Part shown: one piece after another, positions 52,230 to 64,000 of the stretch | How positions within the stretch are numbered: the stretch's first letter is position 1 | Layout: every line of letters starts with the position of its first letter | Origin: Mobula hypostoma | Taxonomy: Eukaryota | Assembly: GCF_963921235.1 (NCBI RefSeq) | Contig: NC_086097.1 | Coordinates: 41,232,001 to 41,296,000 of the forward strand | Direction: 5' to 3' | DNA: 64,000 nucleotides | Position numbers and translations under genes: made by a program | Notes under the pieces: model-generated | Database searches by the model: none | What the model saw: only the letters and a program-made list of their open reading frames with translations | What the model was told of the DNA's origin: nothing

Positions 52230-54232
52230 CATGTGCCAGCTAAGAAGGCCAGCCTCCTCCCCTCGCCCCCTGAGGAGCAGGCATTCTGTCTGGCCACAGC
52301 TGATGTGAAAAAGACATCAGCCAAAGTCAATCCATGTGAAGCCATGTAAAGCTGTGAAGCCTGCTAAAATACCTGGTTGGATATTGAGAGACTGTGGATC
52401 CCAGTCAATAATGATTCTAACAGACATCTTCAATATCTCTCTGGAAAACTGCACTGTCCCAGTAGACTTCCAGGCAGCCACTATCATCCTGGTGCCCAGG
52501 AGGGTGATGGTAATCTGCCTTAACGACTACCAATGGTAATCTACCATAACGACTACCGAGTGGCACTGACCTCAACAATAATGAAGTGCTTTGAGCAACT
52601 CGTTATGGACCACATTCAATCCCACCTTCCTGCTACATTGGACTCTTTCCAGTTCGCTTATTATCCAAAACATCCACTCATGATGTCATAGCCTCTGCTT
52701 CCCCTCCGTCTTGACCCACTGGAAATGGCACAAGAAGGCGTATGGTGTGTTGGCCTTCATCAACTGTGGGATTGAGTTCAAGAGCCATGAGGTAATGTTA
52801 AAGCTGTATAAGACCTTAGTTAGACCCCATATGGAATACTGTGTTCAGTTCTGGACACCTCATTACAAAAAGGATGTGGATACTATAGAAAGAGTGCAGA
52901 GGAGATTTACAAGGATGTTGCCTGAATTGGAGAGCATGCTTATGAGAATAGGTTGAGTGAACTTGGCCTTTTTTCTTTGGAGTGACAGAGAATGAGAGGT
53001 GACCCGATAGAGGTGTATAAGATAATGAGAGGCATTGATCATGTGGACAGCCAGAGGCTTTTTCCCAAGGCTGAAATGGCTAACATGAGGGGGCATAGTT
53101 TTAAGGTGTTTGGAAGAAGATACAAGGGGAATATCAGAGGTAAGTTTTCACATAAAGAGTGGTGGGTGTGTGGAATGCACTGCCAGTGACAGTGTTAAAG
53201 GCAGGTACAATAGGGTCTTTTCAGAGACTCAGATACATACATGAAGCTTAGAAAAATACATGTAGAGGGCTTATGCGTTAGGGAAATTCTAGGCAGTTTC
53301 TAGAGTAGGTTACATGGTCGGCACAACGTTGTGGGTTGAAGAGGCCGTAATGTGCTGTAGATTTCTATGTTTCTATGCACTATGCTCTTTATTGACTTAA
53401 GCTCGGCATTTAATCCGATCATCCCTCAGAAGCTGGTGGGTAAACTATCCTTGTATCCTTGTTGGGTCTCAACACCTCTCTCTGTAACTGGACCTTGAAC
53501 TTCTTGACAGTCAGTCTGTGTTGGCAGCAACATCTCTCGCTCCACCACGCTGAGCACTGGCGCCCCCCCCCCCCAGCCAGTGCTAAATGCTCAGCCCCTT
53601 GCTGTTCACACTGCTAATGCATGACTGTACTGCTAAATTCCAGTTTAAACTGAACAATCAAGTTTGCTGATGACATGACGGCGGTTGGCCTCATCAACCA
53701 TGGTGACAAGACGGTGTATGGAAAGGAGATACAACAGCTTGTAGAATGGTACGTGCACAACTTAAGTCTCAACGTGGACAAGACAAAAGACATAGTTCTA
53801 GATGTAGGAGGGTACAGGCTGACCACTCCTTACTGCAGATAAATAGAGAGAGTTAGGATCACCAAATTTCTGAGAGTGCACATAATGGACGATCTCACCT
53901 GCTCCTTCAACACCACCTCTTTAGTCAAGGAAACACAGTAGTGCCTCCACTTCTGGAGGAGATTGAGGTGAACAAGGTTCTGTCCACCCCCATTATAACC
54001 AATTTTTACAGGAGCACCACTGAGAGTGTGCTGACCAACTGCATCATTGTCTGGTATGGGATTTGCAAGGCCCGACAAAGGGCTCGGAGGACTGCTGAGA
54101 GGATCATCAGGGTATCTCTTCCACCCATCCATGATATTTATCAGGATCACTGCAAATGCAGGGCTCTTAGCATTGTCAAGGATTTCTCCCATCCATCTCA
54201 CAATGTCTCTGACCCACTACCATCAGGCAGCT
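52230..54232 (+). mobile_element. Rex1-like LINE with a nested CR1 3' end (~52730-53377)
   Basis: Rex1: [50 protein letters not shown]1: LYKTLVRPHMEYCVQFWTP...(TTTCTATG)n tail. Confidence 0.82.
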
Positions 54233-54382
54233 CCACTGTAAAGTATCCTGAAAATCTTATGCTTATTTGCACAAGAACTGAATTATATGACCTTCTATAA
54301 TTAGCAGTTTATCTGTTAAAAAAGAACATATGTTCACTCCAAGTCGTCAATATGAACAATTAAATATATATGTTATTATATT

Positions 54383-57300
54383 TAGTCGGTGAGCCAGGAC
54401 CCCAAATTTGGGTGACCGGTACCATCTGGGGGGAATAATTCTTATAGTGATTTTTGGCAAGGTATATACCTCTAGTACTAGAAAATATGTGATAGCATTG
54501 CAGCGGTGGTAGCTTTCTGTGTGTCACAATGGAGAGCTATCCGCATTCTGGATATCATATATTGACATGGTAGAGAACTTAATACTTGGGCTTCTGCACA
54601 TCTCTCGTGAGGGGGACTGGGAGTTGTACCTCCATGCTGTAAGAAACATGATCCCATGGTGCTTTGCCTATGATAAGATGAATTATGCCAGGCACCTGTC
54701 CCCCTACTTTGCTCAGATGATGAACCTCCCAGAGAAGAATCCTTCTGTGTATGAGGCCTTCAAGACAGGCCAATTCTCAGTGCAGCTGTCAAGTAACTAC
54801 CCCTTTGGGCAGATCCCTGTGGATCAGGCTTTTGAAGCCACAGTGAACAAAGACACACAGACTCCTGGAGGCACATCACAGTTCAGCCTGAATGCTGGAG
54901 CTATCAAGCGTTACTACATACAGCTGAGCACCACAGTGCATTCCTGGGACTGTTAAGGGAGGTGGTGCAAGGCAACAAAACAGAGCGGCCAAGAATCCAG
55001 AAAGATGAGGAAGCCGTTTCAGCAGTGGTTAGCCTCATACATGAATGGGTCACTGAGAAGCGGGACCTCATTTGCATCTCTACAGCAAAAGCAGCCACCA
55101 GGGACATTGCCTCCAACCTGATGAAGGCATATGAAATTGGTGAGCAATGCCATGCAACCTTCAAGGATGTCCCACCAGTAAAGGAATTCCATAACCCAAT
55201 GAAAACCAACAAGCTGAAAACATTCAGTGATATGTGTAAGAAGAGAGAAGTGAAATCAAATGGCTGTTTCCTGAGATTTAAACAGGGCACCCACACAGCA
55301 TACCAGCAGAGTCAATCCCGGATGAGCCCCCACAATGGAGCCCCCCCCCGGCCACCCTCAGGGTCGCTCGGCTCGCTGTCGTCTGGGGAAACAGCCTCGG
55401 CCCCGCCAAACTGGATAATTTGTTTGTGTGGATGCTGTGTGAGGTACCCCACCCCGCCCAAATAACAGACAATACACCAGATATGATTAAATGATTTACA
55501 GTTTATAGATATTACTGGAACTATATAATTAAGAGAGAATAAAATATAAAAGGAAAATAAAAGGCGCCACACTTATCAAAGTTCAATCTCTTCATGCACA
55601 AAAACCGTTGGAGCTCAAGGACCTTCTTCTTCACCCTGCGACCCCTCGGACCACCTCGACCGGCCACCTGGGTTCAACAATGGTGGTCGACCAGACGCTC
55701 CACACGAGTCCGTCTCTGTCTCCTCGCCGAACGCCCTCCTCAGGGTCCGACCCCGCTAGCGGACATCACAGCACATCGTCCATCCTCTGTCTCGCTCTCC
55801 CGCCTTCTGCCTCACAACCTGGCGCATACAGTATCTTCAAATACACCAAAACCATAACAACTATCCCGACTGGTTAATAGCACTCTCTTATCACCCTCTA
55901 AACCAAAACAAGCCGCTAGCGCAAACTTTCTCAGCGTTTAACACAACAAAGCCGCATTCCCCACATTAACATAACAAAGATGCCATTTTAATTAGCCTCC
56001 GCAGTAACATAAAAGTCGAAACCCCCTTACACTTGTAGACATCAGGAAGGTTGCTGCCACTGTTGGCATAGAGGTTTGTAGGGCTCTCATCGGGTTGCAT
56101 GCATATACAGGATGTTACACTGTAAGGGCTTTTGCAGGCAAAGGGAAGACAAGTGCCCTAAAACTTCTGACTAGCAACAGGGAGACTAGGGACACATTCT
56201 TAGAGTTGGGTCAGGAATGGGACCTCTCCCCAGAACTGATTGAGAAACTGAAGGCATTTACATGTCTCCTGTATTCCCCAAAAGCATTGACCACCAAGGT
56301 CAATGAGCTCAGGTATCACCTTTTCTGTGCCAAAAAGGGTAAAATTGAAAGTCATCAACTCCCACCATGCAAGGACTGCTTAACAAAACATGCACAGCGA
56401 CCCAGCTACCAGGCTGGTATAAGGAGAAGATGTTTGGAGAAGGACCCACAAGTGCCAAGCCTTGTTGGCAGAGGATGGAAGATGGAGAGAGAAGAGGAAG
56501 CTGAACAGTTGGTGGTGCACTGGATGGAAGGCCAGCCAGCACCAGATGCCGTCCTGGATCTACTGGCCAGTAACTGTCCAAAAAAATGTTCACTCCCAAG
56601 ATGTATGTGTGTTGCAAATTGCCACAGATGTACTGACATGTGTAGACTGGCAGTCTGTGAGAACCAGGCATCCACCTCAGAGAGTGTGGAAAGTTCAGAT
56701 GAAGATGTGGAAGACGTGAAAGATTTGGAAAATTATTATGATTATTAATAGGTTATGAAAGTATGGAAAACAAAGTATGGAAAGCAGTCTTTGATTGAAT
56801 ATATTCATTTTACAACCAAATGGGGCCTAGATTATGGCTGTGTGGAATCCCACATTTGAATTATTGTTCTGTAGTTCTACATGTTATGACAAAAGCTTAA
56901 GATTGTTTTGATTTGATACAACAATACGGAAAATATCATGACATTGATAAAACTCCAGAAATCTCTCCAAATGAGGATTTTTACCTTTTGGGGGGTGGGG
57001 TAACATTTTCTGCTGTACTGATGTTAATGTGGAATATATACAAAAAGTGATTACTTATTTGAATTCCTGAATAAATTCTCTACAAATCCATGTGATTAGA
57101 TGTGTCCTAAGGTTTTTATTGACTTTTCCAAAATAAACAACAGACAAATATTTTTCTAAAAATGAAATGATTCGCTCTACTGAAATTGGGCTCTGTACTG
57201 CGAGTGCCACCAATGACATAGTTTTCAATGTAGAATTTCATAACGATATTTGATGAAAAGTGCATGAACTCAGCTATCACGATGACAAATTTCAATGTTG

Positions 57301-57542
57301 AGGGATCGCTGATGACCATATACCACTAGGTTGAATATATATGTTGTACTTTATATTGACCACTTTTCAGAAATGCTTATCTTAGAGTAGTGTTATAAAA
57401 TGCATGAGAGCACACATAAAGCTACCACTGTTGCAATGTTATCACATATTTTCTAACTCTAGAGATGTATATCTTGCCAAAAATCACTATGAGCATTATT
57501 CCCCTCAGATGGTACCGACCAACCCTACTAGCTCACGGACTA
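54383..57542 (+). mobile_element. Academ (AcademX-type) DNA transposon, internally deleted
   Basis: TAG...CTA termini; ~130-140-bp TIRs (54383-54523 / 57411-57542); 3-bp TSD ATT (54380-82, 57543-45). Transposase fragments SAFWISYIDMV..REGDWELYL..NYAR..DQAFE..NKD; XPG-like LHAYTGC.TV.AFAGKGK...LPPC; Cys-rich C-terminus CPKKC..RCMC...CTDMC...CEN. Confidence 0.85.
55264..56030 (-). mobile_element. Truncated LTR retroelement (5' LTR + tRNA-Pro PBS + short leader) inside the Academ
   Basis: LTR 56030-55336 (TGTAAGG...CTCCA on minus); 3 nt later TGGGGGCTCATCCGGGAT (55332-55315), 17/18 to the canonical tRNA-Pro PBS TGGGGGCTCGTCCGGGAT. Confidence 0.82.
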
Positions 57543-58379
57543 ATTCGCCTACTTTACTTAAAAAATATTTGTGTTTAAGGTTTCAGCTGCAATATTGATC
57601 ACCTGTGTGCTTTGCTTTTGTTCACCATTATTCATCCAGTTTAAAACACAATTCAGATTCCTGTTTGTACATAAGTCTTCATTAATTTGATTGGCTGGTC
57701 TGTCAGCTGTAATAATGTTGAATGCCTTGAAGCTTCTGTCTGACAGCAGCAGACATTACAGAGTCGCTGGATCTGGATGGAGATCTGGATGAATTTCTTT
57801 TGAGACTGGGAATTTGTTTTGAAATGAAGGAGAATGCAAATGCTTTATCATTTGGAAAATCTAAGCCAAAAATATTGTTGTTCTCTCAATTGTAAAAAGT
57901 AAGAAAGAAAGGATGCTGGAAACGCTCAGCAGATTAATCATCATCTGTGCAAAGAGAACCAATCTCAAGTTTTAGGTCAAAGTCCCCTTGACAGAGTGTT
58001 CCAGCTTTTTCTGTTTATCTTAGATTCCCAGAATTTGCAAATTTTTAACTTTAAGTGGAGGTAAACTGAGCTTCTTGCTAACAATATTTGGTGACCCAGA
58101 ACTTTATAAACAGTCTTTATAAACAGAAATCCTATAGGCGCCTGGGAAAAGTCAATACCGATTATTTAATTAGACTTATTTTTAATATTCAATATCATTG
58201 TGATCACAATAATGTCCACAGATCTATTTGAAGTGAGTGTTTTGCTCCTGACTTTTATAACTCTTGAGGTTTTAATTCCATTTTAAAGTTCAATATCAGC
58301 TTTGGTAGTTAAAAAGATGTAGCTACCAAGCTGATAAAACACTCATCAGACTATTATATAACCAGTCGACTTCTTTTAT

Positions 58380-60220
58380 ATTATAGTATATAACCAGACA
58401 ACTTCTGTCAAGGGCAAGTTCATCCTGGCACTGTTAACAATGGGAGCTGGAACTTTTGCTCTTATTCCAACCATTTTGGGTGGCCATGTAGTCCTGAGAC
58501 AGAGTGGGGTCTTTTCTGGTTTCACTTTGGATGATCTCTGCTGTAATAGGGAGAATATGTTTAGAGAAGTGTCCTTTTTTTTGGTAAATTGTTCAGGTAT
58601 TTTGTTTTCCAAAGGTAAATCCATCAGCATTTCCATGATTAGTTATCCTTTTGAATTCATTCTTGTAGTTGTGTTCTCCAAGAAACAGGCCATCTGTGCA
58701 TTAGTGGTTGATGATCCATAAAAGTACTGGGTTGCAATGTTTTGCACCAGAAACTAGACTCAAGACCTCTGACAATCTGTGCATAATCTTTTCCCCTGCA
58801 GCAACAAGGGAACGTGATGCAAAGACTATGGAGCATTTACTTCCAACGCTCATAACATAAAACCATAAGACCACAATATATAGGAGCAGAATTAGGCTAT
58901 TCAGCCCATTGAGTCTGCTCCACCATTCCTTCATGGCTAATCCCGGATCCCACTCAACCCCATACACCTGCCTTCTCACTATATCCTTTAAATGTATAAC
59001 ATGTGACATGGCTGCACCTAAACCATAAACTGAGGTGTGACAGACAAGCTTCACTGGATGATGTGGATTATAATGTGTGAGTACAGTGTCTGACATCATA
59101 ATTTCTTTTATCATTGTGAAAACCACCTCACACTGATTTCTCCATTGCCATTTCTTTCTGATCTGTAGTAATGAGTTCAAGGGATGGAGCACAGTTGCAA
59201 AGTCTGGCAGGAACCTGTTAAGGTAACTGACAAGTCCTAAAAAGGACCACAACTGAGATACGGCCTTTGGCTTTGCATCAACCACCACTGCTTGAATTTT
59301 CTCAGCACACGTGGAAATCTTGTACGTCAATGGTGTGCCACAGAAAGTGATGCTTAGTTTAAAGAATTCATACTTGTTGCATCATGCTCTGAGCCCATAA
59401 TCGTCTATTTTTTTTAACAACATCTTGGTATTTTAGAGAAGTTCCTTGTCATCCTTACTGGTAACAATGATGTCATCTAGGTAACATTGAGTGCCTGGGC
59501 AGCTATGTAATGCCTGGTCCTTAGCTTTTTGCAGGTGCAGATGCTTCTCAAAAAATAAGCCTATTATTGTGATAAAGCCCATTGTGAGTGTTAATGGTGT
59601 GAAACACTTTGGAATCTTCTTCCATCTCCATCTGTAGGTAGGCTTCAGCTGTCCACTTTGTTGAAATGTTTTCCTCCAGAAAGGTTTGCAAAAATGTTCT
59701 GTATCCAGGGCAAAGGGTATTAATTTACTTTCAGAACTGGGTTGATGGTGACCTTAAAATTACCACAGATCCTGACAAATCCATTGTTCTTGGCTAGTGA
59801 GACCACTAGAGTTGCCCATGGGCTCAGACAAGCATGGAAAAATTCCTTCGGCCTTTATGTGATCTAACTCATTGGCTACTTTATCGCAGATGGTTTATGG
59901 AACCGGACAGGCTTTGCAAAACTCAGGTGTGGCATTTTTATTTAAGAATATTTTATCCTTGATATGTGTGAGTTTTTCAATGCTGAGAATACTGCTGTGA
60001 CATCATCCAGTACCTTTCTTGATTTGCATTCAGTTGACTCTAATGCAGTAGATGTGGAATGCAAATGGTGGATCCAATCAAGTTGCAGTTGTCTAGACCA
60101 ATCATAAGCTTAGAATGCTAGCCCTCCTGTTTTTAGCGCATATAAGCCCAATGTGGCTTGTTGGTTGTTGTATTTCACTGTTATAAATGTCATTCCCACA
60201 GGAGTTAATTTTCTCCAGTA
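58380..60220 (-). pseudogene. Decayed Gypsy (Mag/K02A2.6-like) pol fragment with a CR1 tail inserted at ~58858-58990
   Basis: [64 protein letters not shown] motifs. No LTRs recognised. Confidence 0.8.
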
Positions 60221-60503
60221 TCTTAGAACATCAGAAAGATTTTGACAAAAACAGGCTATTTCACTCAACAAAGCTTGCCAAATTCCTACTTACACAGTGT
60301 GTTGAAATAACTATTGAGTTTAGATTTGAAAGTTTCTAAGGTACATCTCTCAACTACACAGCTAGGTAGTTTATTCCATGTGTCCAGAACTTGCTGTGTA
60401 AAGAAATACTTCCTGATGTTTGTCTGAATATTAAACCAGTCTCCACCTCACTGTTGGATTAATTTTGAAGTACCAACTGGCATCGACCTGACTTATACCC
60501 TTA

Positions 60504-61206
60504 CATGAGGAAATCTGCAGATGCTGGAATTTCAAGCAACACACGTAAAAGTTGTTGGTGAACGCAGCAGGCCAGGCAGCATCTCTAGGAAGAGGTACAG
60601 TCGACGTTTTGGGCCGAGGCCCGTCGTCAGGACTAACTGAAAGAAGAGCTAGTAAGAGATTTGAAAGTGGGAGGGGGAGGGGGAGATCCAAAATGATAGG
60701 AGAAGACAGGAGGGGGAGGGATGGAGCCAAGAGCTGGATGTTGATTGGCAAAAGGGATATGAGAGGATCATGGGACAGGAAGCCTATGGAGAAAGAAAAG
60801 GGGGAGGGGGAAGCCCAGAGGATGGGCAAGGGGTATAGTGAGAGGGACAGAGGGAGAAAAAGAGAGAGAAAAAGAAAGTGTGTATATATATATAAATAAA
60901 TAAAGAAAGAAAGAAAGGATGGAGTACGAGGGGGAGATGGGGCATTAGCGGAAGTTGAGGCCTCCTGTCCCATGATCCTCTTATATCCCTTTTGCCAATC
61001 AACTGTCCAGCTCTGGGCTCCATCCCTCCCCCTCCTGTCTTCTCCTATCATTTCAGATCTCGCCCTCCCCCTCCCACTTTCAAATCTCTTACTAGCTCTT
61101 CTTTCAGTTAGTCCTGACGAAGTGTCTCGGCCCAAAACATCGACTGTACCTCTTCCTAGAGATGCTGCCTGGTCTGCTGCGTTCACCAACAACTTTTATA
61201 TGTGTT
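60504..61206. mobile_element. Inverted Penelope pLTR pair with a 13-bp TSD
   Basis: TSD ACTTATACCCTTA at 60491-60503 and 61207-61219. Arms 60538-60784 and 60959-61206 are inverted repeats. Hammerhead motifs at 60598-60634 (-) and 61110-61146 (+), both with GAAA changed to AAAA. Confidence 0.92.
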
Positions 61207-61572
61207 ACTTATACCCTTAATTATTTTGAACACTTCTATCATATCTCCTCTCATTCTACATCTATTTGGGCAAAAAATGATTTAACTCTTTCAACCTTTC
61301 TTTATAGCTCATATCCTGCAAACCTGGAGTGAGCCTCATTGCTCTTCTCTGAACTCTTTCTAGTACCTTCACATCCCCCACAAAATAAGGAGACCGAAAT
61401 TGTACACAGTAATCAAGGTGTGGCTTCACAAGTGCATTATGCAGCTTAAGGAGAATGTCTCTGGACATGAACTCCACTGAGCATGTTATATAGCCCAACA
61501 TTCTATTAGCCTTCCTAATCACTTCTGTGCATTGTCTAGATGTTAATAATGATGAGTCTATCAGGACCTTCT

Positions 61573-62575
61573 CATAGTCATACTTTATTGACCCAGGGAG
61601 AAACTGATTTTCGTTACAGTTGCCCCAACCAAGAATAGAATATAAATATATATCAATATAAAACCATAAATAATTAAATAGTAATATGTAAATTATGCCA
61701 GGAAGTAAGTCCAAGACCAGCCTATTGGCTCAGGGTGTCTGACCCTCCAAGGGAGGAGTTGTAAAGTTTGATGGCCACAGGCAGGAATGACTTCCTATGA
61801 CGCTCTGTGTTGCATCTCGGTGGAATGAGTCTCTGGCTGAATGTACTCCTGTGCCCACCCAGTACATTATGTAGTGGATGGGAGACATTTGTCCAAGATG
61901 GCATGCAACTTAGACAGCATCCTCTTTTCAGACACCACCGTCAGAGAGTCCAGTTCTATCCCCACAACATCACTGGCCTTACGAATGAGTTTATTGATTC
62001 TGTTGGTGTCTGCTACCCTCAGCCTGCTGCCCCAGCATACAACAGCAAACATGATAGCACTGGCCACCACAGACTCGTAGAACATCCTCAGCATTGTCCG
62101 ACAGATGTTAAAGGACCTCAGTCTCCTCAGGAAATAGAGACGGCTCTGACCCTTCTTGTAGACAGCCTCAGTGTTCTTTGACCAGTCCAGTTTATTGTCA
62201 ATTCGTATCCCCAGGTATTTGTAATCCTCCACCATGTCCACACTGACCCCCTGGATGGAAACAGGGGCCACCGGTGCCTTAGCCCTCCTCAGGTCTACCA
62301 CCAGCTCCTTAGTCTTTTTCACATTAAGTTGCAGATAATTCTGCTCACACCATGTGACAGTTTTCTACCACAGCCCTGTACTCAACATCATCTCGCTTGC
62401 TGATGCATCCAACTATGGCAGAGTCATCAGAAAACTTCTGAAGATGGCAAGACTCTGTACAGTAGTTGAAGTCTAAGGTGTAAATGGTGAAGGGAAAGGG
62501 AGACAAGACAGTCCCCTGTGGAGCTCCAGTGCTGCTGATCACTCTGTCGGACACACAATGTTGCAAGCACATGTA
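61573..62575 (-). mobile_element. Rex1/Babar-like LINE 3' part nested in the CR1
   Basis: GAPQGTVLSPF.FTIYT..QKFSDDSAIVG..KTKELVVDLRR..YKYLGIRIDNKL; TATGAC tail. Closely similar to 20617-21360. Confidence 0.9.
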
Positions 62576-64000
62576 CAGTGCACTTTTGAACTCAAGACCC
62601 TCCATTGTATATTTATATCTAATATTGCTACTTCCTATGTATAATATTTTACATTTACTTACTTTAAATTTCATCTGACATTTATTTGCCCACATCTGGA
62701 TTTTGTTGAGATCTAACTATATTGATTCTGCTACCTGAATATTAGCAGCGCGTCCCACTAATTTTGTGTCATCTGCAAACTTTACTAATTTATTTGTGAT
62801 GTATTTATCCAAATCATTAATGTAAATTAAAAACAGAAGCAGCCCCAAAACTGATTCCAGCAAAACGCATTTTTAACATCTTCCAGGTGTGAAAATAATC
62901 CTCTCATCATAACTCGTTGTCTTCTGCTTTTGAGCGAATTCTGTACCCATTTTCACTCCTTTACCTGAATCCCTACCTCCTGTAATTTGATTAAAAACCT
63001 CTCATGAGGTCCCTTGTCAAAAACCTTCTGAAAGTCCAAGTAAGTGATATCAACCGCTCTACTGTTATCATGCCCTATTGTTATTTGCCTCTTCATCAAA
63101 CTTCAGCATATTGGTAAAACATGATTTCCCCTTTCTGGGCCCATATTGGCTTTCTGCTAACATGCCTGTTCTTATCTTCTGTTTTTCCATCTCATTCTTT
63201 ATTAATGTTTCCATTATCTTCCCTATGATTCACATTAAGCTTACAGGTCTATAGCTATCAGGGTCAGTGCAGATACCTTTCTTATACACCAGGACATTAG
63301 CCTATTTCCAGTCCTTAGGTATTTCACCAGTCTTCATTGACTTCTGAAAAATGCATATTGGAGGTTTGTATATATAATCACAGACCTCTTTAAGTACCCT
63401 TGGATATATGTTGTCTGGCCCTGGAGATTTATTAACTTTCAGCCTTTTCAACTGAAGCAGAACCCTCACCTTCTAAGTCACTTAAAACAACCTCTACCCT
63501 TACTGGCTTATTGCTAACACCTTTGCAAGTGAATACGTTAGCAAAATATGAGTTAAGAGTATCTGTCACGTCCTTATCTGCAAAACATATCACCCCACTA
63601 TTATTCCTAATACACTCAACTTTCTCCTTGACTTCTCTTTTACTACTAAAGTATTGAAAACATCTCTGGGGGTCAGTCTTAGCTTTATCAGTAATTTCTT
63701 TCTCAACCTGACTTTGGGAATCAAAATTTCTCTCTTGACTATAGATTTCATATTTTCATATGCCCCATGGTTATCATCATTACTATATTTTCTGTATTCT
63801 GTATGTAGCTGTGTTTTCTTCAGTAATTTTTATGTATACCTTTATTCATCCATGTAGTTCATCTATTGTTTTTACTGCTTTTGCCAACCTTGGGTATGAA
63901 CCTTTCCTGCACTGTGCGTATTACCTCTTTAAATCTTTCCCATTGTTCCTCAACTGATTCAACATCAAGCAGTTCCTTACGGTTTAACTTCTGAAGTCTT

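Larger units (their letters stand above)
60222..64000 (-). mobile_element. CR1 LINE (ORF2, decayed) running off the window, with two nested insertions
   Basis: KSPGPDNIYPRVLK, YRPVSL, ITYLDFQK.FDK, KFADDTK, LHNALVKPHLDYCVQF..ERVQRRA; 3' tail at ~60222-60260. Confidence 0.85.

Noticed and set aside
52506..52563. 26-bp tandem duplication in a Rex1 RT
   Set aside because: Ordinary post-insertion slippage in a dead LINE.
58088..58105. TGGTGACCC as a possible PBS
   Set aside because: It is on the opposite strand to the adjacent Gypsy pol, and no LTR could be defined next to it.
60431..61192. 253-aa ORF with mirrored ORFs on the other strand
   Set aside because: Artefact of the low-complexity inverted Penelope pLTR arms; the same peptide appears at 36751 and 36848.

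Overview
This window is eukaryotic, vertebrate DNA. The repeat landscape (HE1/V-SINE, CR1 and Rex1/Babar LINEs, many Penelope relics) points to a cartilaginous fish, probably a ray or skate (inference). The only host coding sequence found is one 270-bp exon (11951-12220, +) encoding the sixth Ig domain of an MDGA2-like synaptic adhesion protein. The rest is two very large introns filled with nested, mostly dead transposons: a full-length Gypsy LTR element, a Sleeping Beauty-like Tc1, a Charlie/Buster hAT, an Academ (XPG + Cys8) element, a 6-bp-TSD hAT-type MITE, a mariner foldback MITE, solo and truncated LTRs, and many CR1, Rex1 and Penelope fragments. Four observations stand out. (1) The Gypsy element has no tRNA primer-binding site; a 16-nt sequence in its place is complementary to its own LTR poly(A) signal, suggesting self-priming and/or poly(A) occlusion, and its PPT also sits in a hairpin. 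(2) Minimal hammerhead ribozymes recur in inverted, TSD-flanked Penelope pLTR pairs. (3) A Tc1 relic is very close to salmonid Sleeping Beauty, a horizontal-transfer candidate, and carries an internal inversion. (4) A MITE with a 6-bp TSD keeps a zinc-finger first exon and a duplicated terminus. Family assignments come from recalled motifs, not database searches. Boundaries of decayed repeats are approximate.
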